A DNA stretch of 20,543 nucleotides from a virus (Duplodnaviria; Heunggongvirae; Uroviricota; Caudoviricetes): IMG/VR virus record IMGVR_UViG_2734482572_000001; one strand, 5' to 3'. Shown here piece by piece: positions 1-9,918 of this stretch. The position numbers were made by a program, and so were the translations under genes. Each line of letters starts with the position of its first letter. The stretch's first letter is position 1. The notes below the pieces were generated by a model, which saw only the letters and a list, made by a program, of their open reading frames with translations, did not search any database and had not been told where the DNA came from.

Positions 1-1577
1 CCGTCAACCAGGCTTATCAGCGTGGTGCCGGAGGATGGCAGCGTGATTTCACGGTCGAGCGTCAGCGTCCGGGTCTGGCTGTTTACCGCCAGCACGCGCC
101 CGCCGGTGCTGATACCGGCATAGTCATCATCACAGATTTCAATGACATCGCCCGGCACATGGCGAAGCCCTTCTGCGCCCACGCTGAAGTCCACGGTCTG
201 CGTTTCCAGCAGTTCTGTTTTAATCAGCCACAGCCCTGCGCGGTGTGCCTGCCCCCGGCTGGTACAGCCAAAGGCATCCATCTTCGTGACGTTACGACCG
301 TAACGGGCAATGGCCTGCGTGTCCTCCACAAGCTCTGTCGCCGTCTCCCAGCCGTTGTTCGGGTCAATCCAGTTCACCTCAACGGCATTATGGCGGTCTT
401 TCAGGGCGCTGAAGCTGTAGCGGAACGGCGCGCCATCATCCGGCATCACCACATTACTGCGGTTATAGGTCCACACCTTATCCGACGGTCGGTCCTGCAC
501 GAATGTCAGCGTCTGCCCGTTCCATACCGGCATACAGCGCATCGCCGAGCAGAAATCACTGAGCACATCCCACGCCTTGCGCTGTGTGGTCAGGTACGCA
601 TTACAGGTGATGCGCGGCTCCGTGCCGCCAAAGCCGTCCGGCACTGACTGGTCGCAGTACTGGCCGATGACATACAGCGCCCATTTGTCCACATCCGCCG
701 CACCAAGACGTTTCCCCATGCCATAGCGCGGGTGGGTCAGCATATCCCACAGACACCAGGCCATGTTGTTGCTGTATGCTGGCTTAAACGTTCCGTCCCA
801 GATACCGCTGTATTGCCGCGTCTGCGGGTTATAGTTCGACGGCACCTGCAGAATGCGCCCGCGAAGATGATAATTACGGCTCACCTGCTGGCTGCCGAAC
901 TGTTCCGAGTCCACCTGCACACCGACCAGTGCCGTGTTCGGGTAGCACTGTTTCACATCGATGATTTCGGTGTATGACGACCAGAGCGTTTTGTTCTGCA
1001 GCTGGTCTGTGGTGCTGTCCGGCGTCATCCTGCGCATCCGGATATTAAACGGGCGCGGCGGCAGGTTATCCACCACCACTGAGGCCAGATACTGCGAGGT
1101 GGTTTTACCCTTAATGGTGATGTCTTTTTCCGTCACCCAGCCACCATTACGCTGTATCTGAACCAGCAGGCGGACCTCCGACGGATTCCGATCCCCTTTT
1201 GAGGTGGTTTCCACCAGTGCCTGCACACCGAAGGTAAAGCGCAGACGGTCGATGTTTGCCGACGTGATGGTGCGGGTGATCGGCGTGTCATATTTCACTT
1301 CCGTACCCAGCACCGTCTCGGAGCCGGAGGATTCAAACCCCTCCGGCGGTGTCTGCTCCTGCTCACCTGCCCGGAACACCACCGTGACACCGGAGATATT
1401 GGTATTCCCCTCACTGTCCAGCACCGGCGTACTGTTCAGCAGCACGCTTTTTAACCCATCCACCGGACCTTCAATCGGCCCTTCGCTGATGACATCGATC
1501 ACACTCAGCAACTGCGTGGATTTCAGGTTGTCCTTCGCTTCACGCGGGGTATGCCCCTTACTGCTGCCTTTACCCAT
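1..1577 (-). CDS. J: Tail tip/central tail fiber protein J, N-terminal 525 codons only; gene continues beyond the left edge of the window
   Basis: Minus-strand ATG at 1577 preceded by GAGGA; translation begins MGKGSSKGHTP as in lambda gpJ; reverse complement of bases 1-59 translates LDREITLPSSGTTLISLVDG, in frame with 1577 and matching lambda J. Not in the ORF track because no stop lies in the window. Confidence 0.9.
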   Translation of the reverse strand, partial: MGKGSSKGHTPREAKDNLKSTQLLSVIDVISEGPIEGPVDGLKSVLLNSTPVLDSEGNTNISGVTVVFRAGEQEQTPPEGFESSGSETVLGTEVKYDTPITRTITSANIDRLRFTFGVQALVETTSKGDRNPSEVRLLVQIQRNGGWVTEKDITIKGKTTSQYLASVVVDNLPPRPFNIRMRRMTPDSTTDQLQNKTLWSSYTEIIDVKQCYPNTALVGVQVDSEQFGSQQVSRNYHLRGRILQVPSNYNPQTRQYSGIWDGTFKPAYSNNMAWCLWDMLTHPRYGMGKRLGAADVDKWALYVIGQYCDQSVPDGFGGTEPRITCNAYLTTQRKAWDVLSDFCSAMRCMPVWNGQTLTFVQDRPSDKVWTYNRSNVVMPDDGAPFRYSFSALKDRHNAVEVNWIDPNNGWETATELVEDTQAIARYGRNVTKMDAFGCTSRGQAHRAGLWLIKTELLETQTVDFSVGAEGLRHVPGDVIEICDDDYAGISTGGRVLAVNSQTRTLTLDREITLPSSGTTLISLVD

Positions 1578-1599
1578 TCCTCATGCTCCATAAACGACA

Positions 1600-1619
1600 A
1601 AACCGCCCGCAGGCGGTTT
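1600..1619 (-). terminator. Terminator-like hairpin in the I-J intergenic region
   Basis: Minus-strand transcript AAACCGCC-UGCG-GGCGGUUU followed by UGUCGUUUAU, immediately upstream of the J RBS; function (attenuator or RNA stability element) not determinable from sequence. Confidence 0.35.
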
Positions 1620-1637
1620 CACATAAAACATGTTCCA

Positions 1638-2309
1638 TCAGCGACCAATCACCACGATTTCACCACCATCACCTTCATCAGCTGTACTGATTTCCTGAGA
1701 TGCCACACGTGACCCCACGCGCATTTCACCGTACAGAACGGGCAGAACATTGCCCTGGGCAACCATGTTATCCAGTGAGGAGAAATAGGTGTTCTGCTTA
1801 CCGTTATCCGTGCTGGTCGCTGTGGGCGTCCGGGCTTTCGGTGCCAGCATCTGCGCCACACCACCGAGCACCATACTGGCACCGAGAGAAAACAGGATGC
1901 CGGTCATACCACCGGCCCCAATGGCTGCTCCCCATGCTGCAAGGGTGGCTCCGGCGGTAAAGAATGATCCGGCAATGGCGGCTGCTCCCAGGACAATCTG
2001 GAATACACCTCCGGGCTTGGCCCCGGCGACTCTGGGAACAATATGAATCACAGCGCCATCAGGCAGAGCCTCATGTAACTGCGCCGTTAATCCGGACGTG
2101 CTGACATCCCGCCCGGCAATCCGTACCTGATACCAGCCGTCGCTCAGTTTCTGACGAAACGCCGGGAGCTGCGTGGCCAGCGCCCGGATGGCTTCAGCCC
2201 CTGTTTTCACACGAAGATCGATGCGGCGGCCAAATCGTTGTAAATCCCCGTAAAGGCAGATGCGTGCCATGCCCGGTGACGCCAGAGGGAGTGTGTGCGT
2301 CGCTGCCAT
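1638..2309 (-). CDS. I: Tail tip assembly protein I
   Basis: 223-aa ORF, same length as lambda gpI and near-identical from recall (MAATHTLPLASPGMARICLYGDLQRF...). Confidence 0.93.
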   Translation of the reverse strand: MAATHTLPLASPGMARICLYGDLQRFGRRIDLRVKTGAEAIRALATQLPAFRQKLSDGWYQVRIAGRDVSTSGLTAQLHEALPDGAVIHIVPRVAGAKPGGVFQIVLGAAAIAGSFFTAGATLAAWGAAIGAGGMTGILFSLGASMVLGGVAQMLAPKARTPTATSTDNGKQNTYFSSLDNMVAQGNVLPVLYGEMRVGSRVASQEISTADEGDGGEIVVIGR

Positions 2310-2950
2310 TTGTCGGTGTACCTCTCTCGTTTGCTCAGTTGTTCAGGAATATGGTGCAGCAGCTCGCCGTCACCACAGTAAATGGCGGCATGATTCGGCA
2401 CCGATGAACCAAAGCAGCACAGCAGCACATCGCCCGGCTGCGCCGCTGACAACGGCACCTGATACAGCCCTGTGGCCTCCAGATTATCAAGATAGAGATT
2501 CTGGCCGTTACGCCACCAGTCATCCTCACGATAAAAGTCCGGCATCTCAATCCCCGCCAGATGGTAAGCGTCCCGGAACAGCGTGTAACAGTCCGTCACC
2601 CCGTGCTCAAAGCGCCGCCCGGTGAGATGCGGCACACAGCGGAACTTATGAATCGCCCCCCGGCAGACCAGCCACCACGGCAAATCACTCTGCACCTGCA
2701 GCCGCCGGTCGGCCTCACTCAGCCAGGGCAGACCACCGGGATGACTGTGGACCAGCGCCACAATCTCACCCTGCATTTCTGCCTGCAGCCAGTCCTCCGG
2801 CGACATCCGGAAATAATCCTCCGGCTCACCGGAGATATTCACGCAGGGAAAATATCTTTCCCCCTCCGGCGTTCTCACCACGAAGCCGCACGACTCCGCT
2901 GGCGCACATCGCCGGGCGTGCGCCAGAATCGCTGATTCTGTCTCTGTCAT
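2207..2950 (-). CDS. K: Tail tip assembly protein K (JAMM/MPN HSHP motif plus NlpC/P60-like Cys/His C-terminal half)
   Basis: ORF matching lambda gpK; start chosen at ATG 2950 (MTETES...) just after the L stop at 2955-2957; alternative internal start at 2803 would give the older 199-aa annotation. 3' end overlaps I by 103 nt in another frame. Confidence 0.85.
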   Translation of the reverse strand: MTETESAILAHARRCAPAESCGFVVRTPEGERYFPCVNISGEPEDYFRMSPEDWLQAEMQGEIVALVHSHPGGLPWLSEADRRLQVQSDLPWWLVCRGAIHKFRCVPHLTGRRFEHGVTDCYTLFRDAYHLAGIEMPDFYREDDWWRNGQNLYLDNLEATGLYQVPLSAAQPGDVLLCCFGSSVPNHAAIYCGDGELLHHIPEQLSKRERYTDKWQRRTHSLWRHRAWHASAFTGIYNDLAAASIFV

Positions 2951-2954
2951 GGGA

Positions 2955-3653
2955 TTACTGCGAAAGTTTGTTAATGGAAAGGAAGCCGCCAAAGTTGCCG
3001 ACGTTATTGCGGAACTTACAGCCACTCAGGCATTTGCTGCATTTATCCTTCGTGATATCGGACGTCGGCTGGTCATATTCATCCGCGACCGCCGGACCGC
3101 TATAACCGCACTCATCACCGCGATAGGTCCAGGTGCAGGTGTTGGCCAGCATGATGCGCCCCGGAAAAACAGCACCATCCGTTTCCGTCGGCGTGGACAA
3201 CACAAAGGAGGCACTGACCGCGCTCAGTTCGCTGCACTGCTCGACGCGCCAGCGGCTGATCACCTCCTGCTCCGGATCGGCATCACTGTTTCCGTTGACG
3301 AAATTCACCGCATCCAGAAAACGGGCGTAAACCTTACGCCTGACCACCGTTCCGCCGACCAGACTCTGCAGATCTTCCACCATCCCGGTGACCATACCGT
3401 ACAGGTTAGAAACCGTCAGCGTGGGGCGCGTACTGGTGCCTTTGCCATTCAGTTCAAAACCGCTCCCCTGAATGGGATACGCCTGATACTGTCGCCCCTG
3501 CCAGGTGACCGGCTCACCTTTTTCGTTCTGCTCATTACAGAAAAAATAACGTTCTCCACCGACCTCTGTCAGATCGATTTCCCAGAGCACCACGCTGGCC
3601 GACTGCTCCGCACGGGTGCATTCATTCAGTGTTTCCTGTTGGATATCCTGCAT
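2955..3653 (-). CDS. L: Tail tip protein L
   Basis: 232-aa ORF equal in length to lambda gpL with matching sequence; ATG overlaps M stop (TGATG at 3651-3655). Confidence 0.93.
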   Translation of the reverse strand: MQDIQQETLNECTRAEQSASVVLWEIDLTEVGGERYFFCNEQNEKGEPVTWQGRQYQAYPIQGSGFELNGKGTSTRPTLTVSNLYGMVTGMVEDLQSLVGGTVVRRKVYARFLDAVNFVNGNSDADPEQEVISRWRVEQCSELSAVSASFVLSTPTETDGAVFPGRIMLANTCTWTYRGDECGYSGPAVADEYDQPTSDITKDKCSKCLSGCKFRNNVGNFGGFLSINKLSQ

Positions 3654-3982
3654 CAGTTCACCACCTGTTCAAACTCTGCGCTGAACTCAACACGCAGCAT
3701 ACTGACCCGCGACGACCATTTTGCGCAGGTCACCTTTATCTGCCGCCACTCATAAGGCGGCGTCCACAGAAAGGCTTTCCAGCCCCCGTGCTCAGCCAGA
3801 AACGACTCCAGCGCTGTGGCCTCCCAACGGGGAACAGAAAGCGTCACGCTGTACGTTTTCAGGTCAGCGTTCAGCCCGGCAGGCGCTCGCTGGGAATAGC
3901 CATCACCAAAGCGCACCTTTCTTACGGAAGGGGCCGAAGCCACATCCATACCGGGTTTCACTTTCCAGCGGAAGGTTTTCAT
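3653..3982 (-). CDS. M: Tail tip protein M
   Basis: 109-aa ORF matching lambda gpM (MKTFRWKVKPGMDVAS...). Confidence 0.93.
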   Translation of the reverse strand: MKTFRWKVKPGMDVASAPSVRKVRFGDGYSQRAPAGLNADLKTYSVTLSVPRWEATALESFLAEHGGWKAFLWTPPYEWRQIKVTCAKWSSRVSMLRVEFSAEFEQVVN

Positions 3983-6540
3983 CGTCCACCTCCGGAGAAC
4001 AGACCACCATCGCGCATCTGCCCGGTCACAACATCCATTGCCGCCTTACGGGCTACGTCATAAACAGCCTTCAGTGCCTGTGGCCCTATCTGACCGTTCG
4101 TGCCGTCGTTGTTAATCACCACATGGTTATTCTGCTCAAACGTCCCGGACGCCTGCGACCGGCTGTCTGCCATGCTGCCCGGTGTACCGACATAACCGCC
4201 GGTGGCATAGCCGCGCATCAGCCGGTAGAGATTCCCCACGCCAATCCGGCTGGTTGCCTCCTTCGTGAAGACAAACTCACCACGGTGAACAATCCCCGCT
4301 GGCTCATATTTGCCGCCGGTTCCCGTAAATCCCCCGGTCGCAAAATGGAATTTCGCCGCAGCGGCCTGAATGGCTGTACCACCTGACGCTGATGCGCCAC
4401 CACTGGCAGCACCGCCAATGGCGCTGCCGATACTCCCGACAATCCCCACCATTGCCTGCTTAAGCAGAATTTCTGTCATCATGGACAGCACGGAACGGGT
4501 GAAGCTGCGCCAGTTCTGTTCACTGCCGGTCAGCATCGCCGCCATATTCTGTGCAATACCATCAAAGGTCTGCGTGGCAGCACTTTTAACCTGCGACATA
4601 CTGTCCGTGGCGCTCTCTTCCCACTCACTCCAGCCGGACTTCAGGCCTGCCATCCAGCTCCCGCGAAGCTGGTCTTCAGCCGCCCAGGTCTTTTTCTGCT
4701 CTGACATGACGTTATTCAGCGCCAGCGGATTATCGCCATACTGTTCCTTCAGACGCTGTTCCGTGGCTTCCCGCGCTGCCTGCCGGTCAGTCAGCCCCCG
4801 GCTTTTCGCATCAATGGCGGCCCGTTTTGCCCGTTGCTGCTGTGCGAATTTATCCGCCTGCTGCGCCAGCGCATTCAGGTGCTCCTGATACGTGACCTTA
4901 TCGCCAAGTGCAGCCAGCTGGCGCTTGTACTCCAGCGTCTCGTCTTTATGCGCCAGCAGGGATTTCTCCTGTGCAGACAGCTGGCGACGTTGCGCCGCCT
5001 CCTCCAGTACCGCGAACTGATTCTCCGCCTTCCACAAATCCCGGCGCTGCTGGCTGATTTTCTCATTCGCTCCGGCATGCTTCTCCAGCGTCCGGAGTTC
5101 TGCCTGAAGCGTCAGCAGGGCAGCATGAGCACTGTCTTCCTGACGATCGCCCGCAGACACCTTCACGCCGGACTGCTTCGGCTTTTTCAGCGTAGCTTCA
5201 TAATCCTTTTTCGCTGCCGCCATCAGCGTGTTGTAATCTGCCTGCAGGATTTTCCCGTCTTTCAGTGCCTTATTCAGTTCTTCCTGACGGGCGGTATATT
5301 TCTCCAGCGGCGTTTGCAGGCGTTCGTAAGCCTTCTGCGCCTCTTCGGTATATTTCAGCCGTGACGCTTCGGTATCGCTCTGCTGCTGCGCATTTTTGTC
5401 CTGTTGACTCTGCTGCTCAGCCTTCTTTCGGGCGGCTTCAAGCGCAAGACGGGCCTTTTCACGATCATCCCAGTAACGCGCCCGCGCTTCATCGTTAACA
5501 AAATAATCATCCTTGCGCAGATTCCAGATGTCGTCTGCTTTCTTAAACGCAGCCTCTGCCTTAATCAGCATCTCCTGAGCGGTATCAGGACGACCAATAT
5601 CCAGCACCGCATCCCACATGGATTTGAATGCCCGTGCTGTCCTGTCTGCCCAGGTCTCCAGCGTGCCCATGTTCTCTTTCAGGCGGCGGGTCTGGTCATC
5701 AAACCCTTTCGTTGCGGCCTCGTTCGCCGCCTGCAATGCCCCGGCTTCATCGCCGGAACGCTGCAACTGAGCAACATACGCAATCTGCTCCGCCGTCACG
5801 TTATGGAACTGGCGTGCCATCGCCGTCAGCCCCGACGTCGGGTCTGTGGTCAGCTTCCCGAAGGCTTCAGCGACCTTGTCCACCTCCACGCCGGATGCAG
5901 AGGAGAAACGCGCCACACTCTGGCTGATGGACGCAATCTGAGCCTCACCGCTTACCCCCGCCTTAACCAGTGCGCTGAGTGACTCGCTGGTCTGGTTAAA
6001 CGTCAGCCCTGCCGCCTGCCCGGCTCTGGACAGGACCAGCATGCGATCTGCCGTCAGTCCCGCCTGATTGCCGGAAAGGACCAGCGTTTTGTTGAAATCG
6101 GACAGGGTTGAGTTGCCCTGATACCAGGCATACGCCAGCGCACCGGTCGCCACCGCCAGCGAGGTGGCCCCCACCATCGGCAGGGTGATCGCACCGGCAA
6201 GCCCCCTGAACATGGGGATCATCCCGCCGAAGGAGTCCTTAACCTGACCACCCTGTTGCAGCAGGATCAGCCACGGACTTTGCCCGCCTGCAAGCTGCGT
6301 GGCCACGTCGGTGAACTGTGCAGGCAGCATACGCATGGCGGCTTTATACTGCCCGACGGAAATCCCCGCTTTCTGTGCAGCCAGCGCCTGTCGGCTCAGC
6401 GACTGTTCAACGACTGCCGCTGTTTTTTTCGCATCACTTTCCGTACCGGAAAAATGACGCCTGACTCTGGCCATCTGCTCGTCAAATCTGGCCGCATCCA
6501 GACTCAAATCAACGACCAGATCGCCTACCGGTTCAGCCAT
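3979..6540 (-). CDS. H: Tail tape measure protein H
   Basis: 853-aa ORF, same length as lambda gpH; long alanine/glutamine-rich coiled-coil centre and glycine-rich segment typical of tape measure proteins. Confidence 0.95.
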   Translation of the reverse strand: MAEPVGDLVVDLSLDAARFDEQMARVRRHFSGTESDAKKTAAVVEQSLSRQALAAQKAGISVGQYKAAMRMLPAQFTDVATQLAGGQSPWLILLQQGGQVKDSFGGMIPMFRGLAGAITLPMVGATSLAVATGALAYAWYQGNSTLSDFNKTLVLSGNQAGLTADRMLVLSRAGQAAGLTFNQTSESLSALVKAGVSGEAQIASISQSVARFSSASGVEVDKVAEAFGKLTTDPTSGLTAMARQFHNVTAEQIAYVAQLQRSGDEAGALQAANEAATKGFDDQTRRLKENMGTLETWADRTARAFKSMWDAVLDIGRPDTAQEMLIKAEAAFKKADDIWNLRKDDYFVNDEARARYWDDREKARLALEAARKKAEQQSQQDKNAQQQSDTEASRLKYTEEAQKAYERLQTPLEKYTARQEELNKALKDGKILQADYNTLMAAAKKDYEATLKKPKQSGVKVSAGDRQEDSAHAALLTLQAELRTLEKHAGANEKISQQRRDLWKAENQFAVLEEAAQRRQLSAQEKSLLAHKDETLEYKRQLAALGDKVTYQEHLNALAQQADKFAQQQRAKRAAIDAKSRGLTDRQAAREATEQRLKEQYGDNPLALNNVMSEQKKTWAAEDQLRGSWMAGLKSGWSEWEESATDSMSQVKSAATQTFDGIAQNMAAMLTGSEQNWRSFTRSVLSMMTEILLKQAMVGIVGSIGSAIGGAASGGASASGGTAIQAAAAKFHFATGGFTGTGGKYEPAGIVHRGEFVFTKEATSRIGVGNLYRLMRGYATGGYVGTPGSMADSRSQASGTFEQNNHVVINNDGTNGQIGPQALKAVYDVARKAAMDVVTGQMRDGGLFSGGGR

Positions 6541-6967
6541 ACCGGACTCCTCCTGCGATCCCTTCTGATACTGTCATCAGCATTACGTCATCCTCCGTCA
6601 TGTCCGCTACATCCGGGGAAGCGGGGATAACTTCATTCCCGTCCGGGCCAAAGCGGACGCCTCCGGCAAGCCCTGCCGCTTTCTGCATCAGCACATCATC
6701 TTCAGGCTCTTCGTCAGCCTCACGCCGGTTCAGCAGACTGAAATCCAGCGGATGCATATCCGGATCGCTGAAAAACAGGCTGAGCACGGTGTACGTCAGC
6801 CCGGAAAAGTGCATATCCAGCAGAACATCATGAAAATAATGGGTACTGTAAAAGCGGTGCCAGTCGGCATACTCCGTGGATGACATCTCGGCAAGCATGG
6901 CACGCCAGTCGGGTCGCCCCATCTCTCGCGCCAGTTTCAGGGCAAAACTCAGCTCACCATCGAACAC
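6533..6967 (-). CDS. T: Tail assembly chaperone T reading frame, expressed as a G-T fusion by -1 frameshift
   Basis: 144-aa ORF matching lambda gpT, in the -1 frame relative to G and overlapping its 3' end; slippery heptamer present at 6967-6973. Confidence 0.88.
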   Translation of the reverse strand: MFDGELSFALKLAREMGRPDWRAMLAEMSSTEYADWHRFYSTHYFHDVLLDMHFSGLTYTVLSLFFSDPDMHPLDFSLLNRREADEEPEDDVLMQKAAGLAGGVRFGPDGNEVIPASPDVADMTEDDVMLMTVSEGIAGGVRYG

Positions 6968-7371
6968 TTTCCCGCAGAAACAGGCTCTGCAGGCCCGGCG
7001 TCCTCTGTCTGTTCAGGAGCATCATTCACCACAAACTCATACATACCGGACAGCCGGTACACCACGTTTTCAGCATGAGAAATTGCCTCCGTGGGCCAGG
7101 TGGTAAGCACTTCCTGCTCAATCTGTTTAACGGCTTCATTCATGGAAGGCAGCTTTGTCTTCTTCGGATGGTTATGCCACAGGGACATCGCCACCAGAAA
7201 CGCGCCGGTTCTGATGGCGTCTTCCACAGTAAACTTCCGGTTGCTGTCTGACTCCGCCTGTTCTGCCTGCCGTTTCATCAGGGCGAGATGCTCAATACGC
7301 TGCAGGGCTGACAGTTCAGAAAGCGTGACGGTCACACCGTTATGTTCAAATGATTCGGTTTTCAGGAACAT
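6949..7371 (-). CDS. G: Tail assembly chaperone G
   Basis: 140-aa ORF matching lambda gpG (MFLKTESFEHNGVTVTLSELSALQRIEHL...). Confidence 0.93.
   Translation of the reverse strand: MFLKTESFEHNGVTVTLSELSALQRIEHLALMKRQAEQAESDSNRKFTVEDAIRTGAFLVAMSLWHNHPKKTKLPSMNEAVKQIEQEVLTTWPTEAISHAENVVYRLSGMYEFVVNDAPEQTEDAGPAEPVSAGKCSMVS
6967..6973 (-). other. Programmed -1 ribosomal frameshift slippery site G GGA AAG for the G/GT fusion
   Basis: Plus strand reads ctttccc, reverse complement GGGAAAG, located 6 codons before the G stop and at the start of the T frame, as in lambda. Confidence 0.85.
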
Positions 7372-7386
7372 CTCTGACTCCCCGGA

Positions 7387-8127
7387 TTAACTGGCGGTGA
7401 CGGTGATTTCTGCAACCGCAGCAAGTTCACCATTACCGGATACGACCGGAATGTTGACCTTGCCTGCAGCAACACCTTTCACGGTGATGGTCATACCACT
7501 GACCGACACGGTGGCTTTTGTTTTATCCGCAGACACCGCACGGAAGCTCTTGTCGGTTGCGCCTTCCGGCTGGAATGCCACGGTCAGCGTGGTGCTCTGC
7601 CCTTTCACCACCGAGGTGCTGGCAGGCGTCACAGTCATGCCGGTTGTCGCCGTCACCGTGCTGCGATCTTCTGCCATCGACGGACGGCCCACGTTGGTGA
7701 CTTTCACCGTGCGGGTGATCACTTCCTTCGCCGTCACCGCCTTACCGATACTGCTGACCCAGCCGCGGAACACATCGACCGTGCCGTTCGGGAAGCGGAT
7801 TTTATAGGCTCGGGTATCCCCTTCATTAAACCACGCCAGCAGCGCCTGCTGCCCCTGCTCTCCGGGCATCCACGCCAGCGTGAAGCTGGTATCTCCGGCA
7901 GATTTCTGCCCCTGCCCGGTCGCAGTCCAGTCTGCATCTTCATCATCGAGATAGCTGTCGTCATAGGACTCAGCGGTCAGTTCGCCGGGCGTCAGGTCTT
8001 TAACTTTTGCCAGACGCGACCAGTCAACGTCTGAAAGCGGATTCGCATAAGGGTCACCGCTTCCCTTATAAACCCACAGGGTGGTCCCGGCACCTTTCAC
8101 CGGCATTACAGGATTTGGTACAGGCAT
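7387..8127 (-). CDS. V: Major tail tube protein V
   Basis: Matches lambda gpV; start placed at ATG 8127 (MPVPNP...) preceded by GAGGA, not at the upstream ATG 8157 of the ORF track; C-terminal Ig-like region present. Confidence 0.92.
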   Translation of the reverse strand: MPVPNPVMPVKGAGTTLWVYKGSGDPYANPLSDVDWSRLAKVKDLTPGELTAESYDDSYLDDEDADWTATGQGQKSAGDTSFTLAWMPGEQGQQALLAWFNEGDTRAYKIRFPNGTVDVFRGWVSSIGKAVTAKEVITRTVKVTNVGRPSMAEDRSTVTATTGMTVTPASTSVVKGQSTTLTVAFQPEGATDKSFRAVSADKTKATVSVSGMTITVKGVAAGKVNIPVVSGNGELAAVAEITVTAS

Positions 8128-8134
8128 AGCGTCC

Positions 8135-8530
8135 TCACATTTCATAGGTAATGACATAAGTCAGATCGGCTGAACTCCACAGGCCCGCATCATCGTCGCG
8201 CCGGTAGTCATAGCCGCTGGCCACCATACTGGTGATCAAATCTGACAGTGCCGGGATATCACTCATCACCGGATAAATCCGGGACTCCATCCACGCATCC
8301 AGCTCTGAATCCGGCACCTGAGCAGGCAGGAAAACTTCAATATGCAGCTCCGCCTGCCATGTATCGCTGTCCAGCTCTTCGCCCGTGTATTCAGCGCCGG
8401 TGAGATAAACGGCAACTGCCGGAAAATCCGCCTCATCAAAAACAGCGGGGCGACCATCAAAAAACGTCGCCCCGGTGTCATGCTTCTCCAGTGCATCCAG
8501 TACGGCTGCACGGAGTTCAGTATGTTTCAT
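8135..8530 (-). CDS. U: Tail terminator protein U
   Basis: 131-aa ORF matching lambda gpU. Confidence 0.93.
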   Translation of the reverse strand: MKHTELRAAVLDALEKHDTGATFFDGRPAVFDEADFPAVAVYLTGAEYTGEELDSDTWQAELHIEVFLPAQVPDSELDAWMESRIYPVMSDIPALSDLITSMVASGYDYRRDDDAGLWSSADLTYVITYEM

Positions 8531-9105
8531 CGCTTTATTACCATCCTCAGTTGATGCTGCAGCGCATAGCCCAGCTCTTTCGGAAGACGTTCACGCCGTA
8601 TCCGTTCAATATTCTGTTTAAACGCCGTGGTAAGCGGCACCGCCATCGGGATTTTCACCACATCAATGGGGTAACGGTTTTTCCCGGCCACACGCTGCAT
8701 GACATGCCACCGGCCATTTTTCAGTTGCTGAATAAACGCGCCGGGAATACGACGGTTTCCCACCACAAGCACGCTGCCGCCACCTTTCAGGGATGAACGC
8801 TGCCCCTTTTTACGACGTCTGCGGCGGGAAAGGACAACCCGCGCGTTACCCAGCTTGATTACGGGCAAATCCCCCCGGTTAACCCTGATTCTGGCCTGCG
8901 GATTTTTGACCGTGGCCCTTTTCAGCCTGGCCCTTTCCTTTACCAGTTTCCGGCGTACCTTTGTCTCACGGGCAACCTGTGACGCAGACTGCGATATCGC
9001 GGATGACGCAACGCGGTTAATGGCCATTGCGGCGGCACCAGGCACCGCCGTTTTGCTGATACGGCTGAGGTTTTCAACGGCCTGCTCAAGACCTTTTATG
9101 GCCAT
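8527..9105 (-). CDS. Z: Tail completion protein Z
   Basis: 192-aa ORF matching lambda gpZ. Confidence 0.93.
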   Translation of the reverse strand: MAIKGLEQAVENLSRISKTAVPGAAAMAINRVASSAISQSASQVARETKVRRKLVKERARLKRATVKNPQARIRVNRGDLPVIKLGNARVVLSRRRRRKKGQRSSLKGGGSVLVVGNRRIPGAFIQQLKNGRWHVMQRVAGKNRYPIDVVKIPMAVPLTTAFKQNIERIRRERLPKELGYALQHQLRMVIKR

Positions 9106-9116
9106 ACATCCCCCTT

Positions 9117-9470
9117 TCAGCGGCGACGGTTAACGGCAGGCGGCACGCCACGCCCAAGCCAGAGATGACAGCTTCCGCCATCATCCGGCGAAATCCGGTC
9201 CACCCAGAAGTTTTCCTCGCCGATGGTCAGTGTGTCTCCACGCCGCAGCTGCCGCACATCATCAGTCCGGACAAACAGGGACGGGCTGGAGCCTTCAACG
9301 CGCACCCCCTGTCCGGCATAGCTGATATTTTCAGGGTCATCAAAAACACCACGTATCACAGCACCGGACAGCTCACCGGATGTCATGGTGGCTGACGTTC
9401 CCATGTACCCGCGTATCGTTTCATCGGCGCGGGCAATGGCAGCATCGAACAGGTTATCGGAATCAGCCAC
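9117..9470 (-). CDS. FII: Head-tail connector protein FII
   Basis: 117-aa ORF matching lambda gpFII. Confidence 0.93.
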   Translation of the reverse strand: MADSDNLFDAAIARADETIRGYMGTSATMTSGELSGAVIRGVFDDPENISYAGQGVRVEGSSPSLFVRTDDVRQLRRGDTLTIGEENFWVDRISPDDGGSCHLWLGRGVPPAVNRRR

Positions 9471-9481
9471 AGCGCCTCCCG

Positions 9482-9877
9482 TTATTGCATTCTGGCCAGG
9501 CCATGTTCTGTCATTTCGGCTGCCACACCGGCAGAGACACGAAACGCCGTTCCCGGCAGCACAAATGCCACAGGCTCATCCCGCGTGGCGTGAAGTGCAT
9601 CAGTATGCAGCGTCACCAGTGCCACGACCGTGACCAGAGCAGCCGTATCAATCACGGTATCCGGCTGCGCTGATACCACCTCATTTTCATGTCCGGTCAG
9701 CGCATTTTCCGGGCTGACAGATGTGTCCTGACCGGCAGCGTCATCCGTGTCATCAAGCTCCTCTTCCAGCTCTGCCACACGGAGCACCAGTTCTTCTTTC
9801 GTCCCCGTCAGGCTGACATCACGGTTCAGTTGCTCACCCAGCACCTGAAGACGGGCAATCAGTTCATCTTTCGTCAT
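9482..9877 (-). CDS. FI: DNA packaging accessory protein FI
   Basis: Matches lambda gpFI from MTKDELIARL; start at ATG 9877 preceded by GGAGGAG; the ORF-track start at 9916 adds 13 unsupported codons. Confidence 0.9.
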   Translation of the reverse strand: MTKDELIARLQVLGEQLNRDVSLTGTKEELVLRVAELEEELDDTDDAAGQDTSVSPENALTGHENEVVSAQPDTVIDTAALVTVVALVTLHTDALHATRDEPVAFVLPGTAFRVSAGVAAEMTEHGLARMQ

Positions 9878-9918
9878 GGACTCCTCCACAGAGAGAAAAT
9901 GGCCCCGAAGGGCCATGA

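Noticed and set aside
3721-4386. Plus-strand ORFs of 60-268 aa throughout 159-16987 (for example 3721..4386, 2949..3755, 4834..5364, 15541..16308)
   Set aside because: All lie antisense to minus-strand genes that match known lambda proteins at full length; they are shadow ORFs typical of GC-rich coding DNA, with no RBS or independent support.
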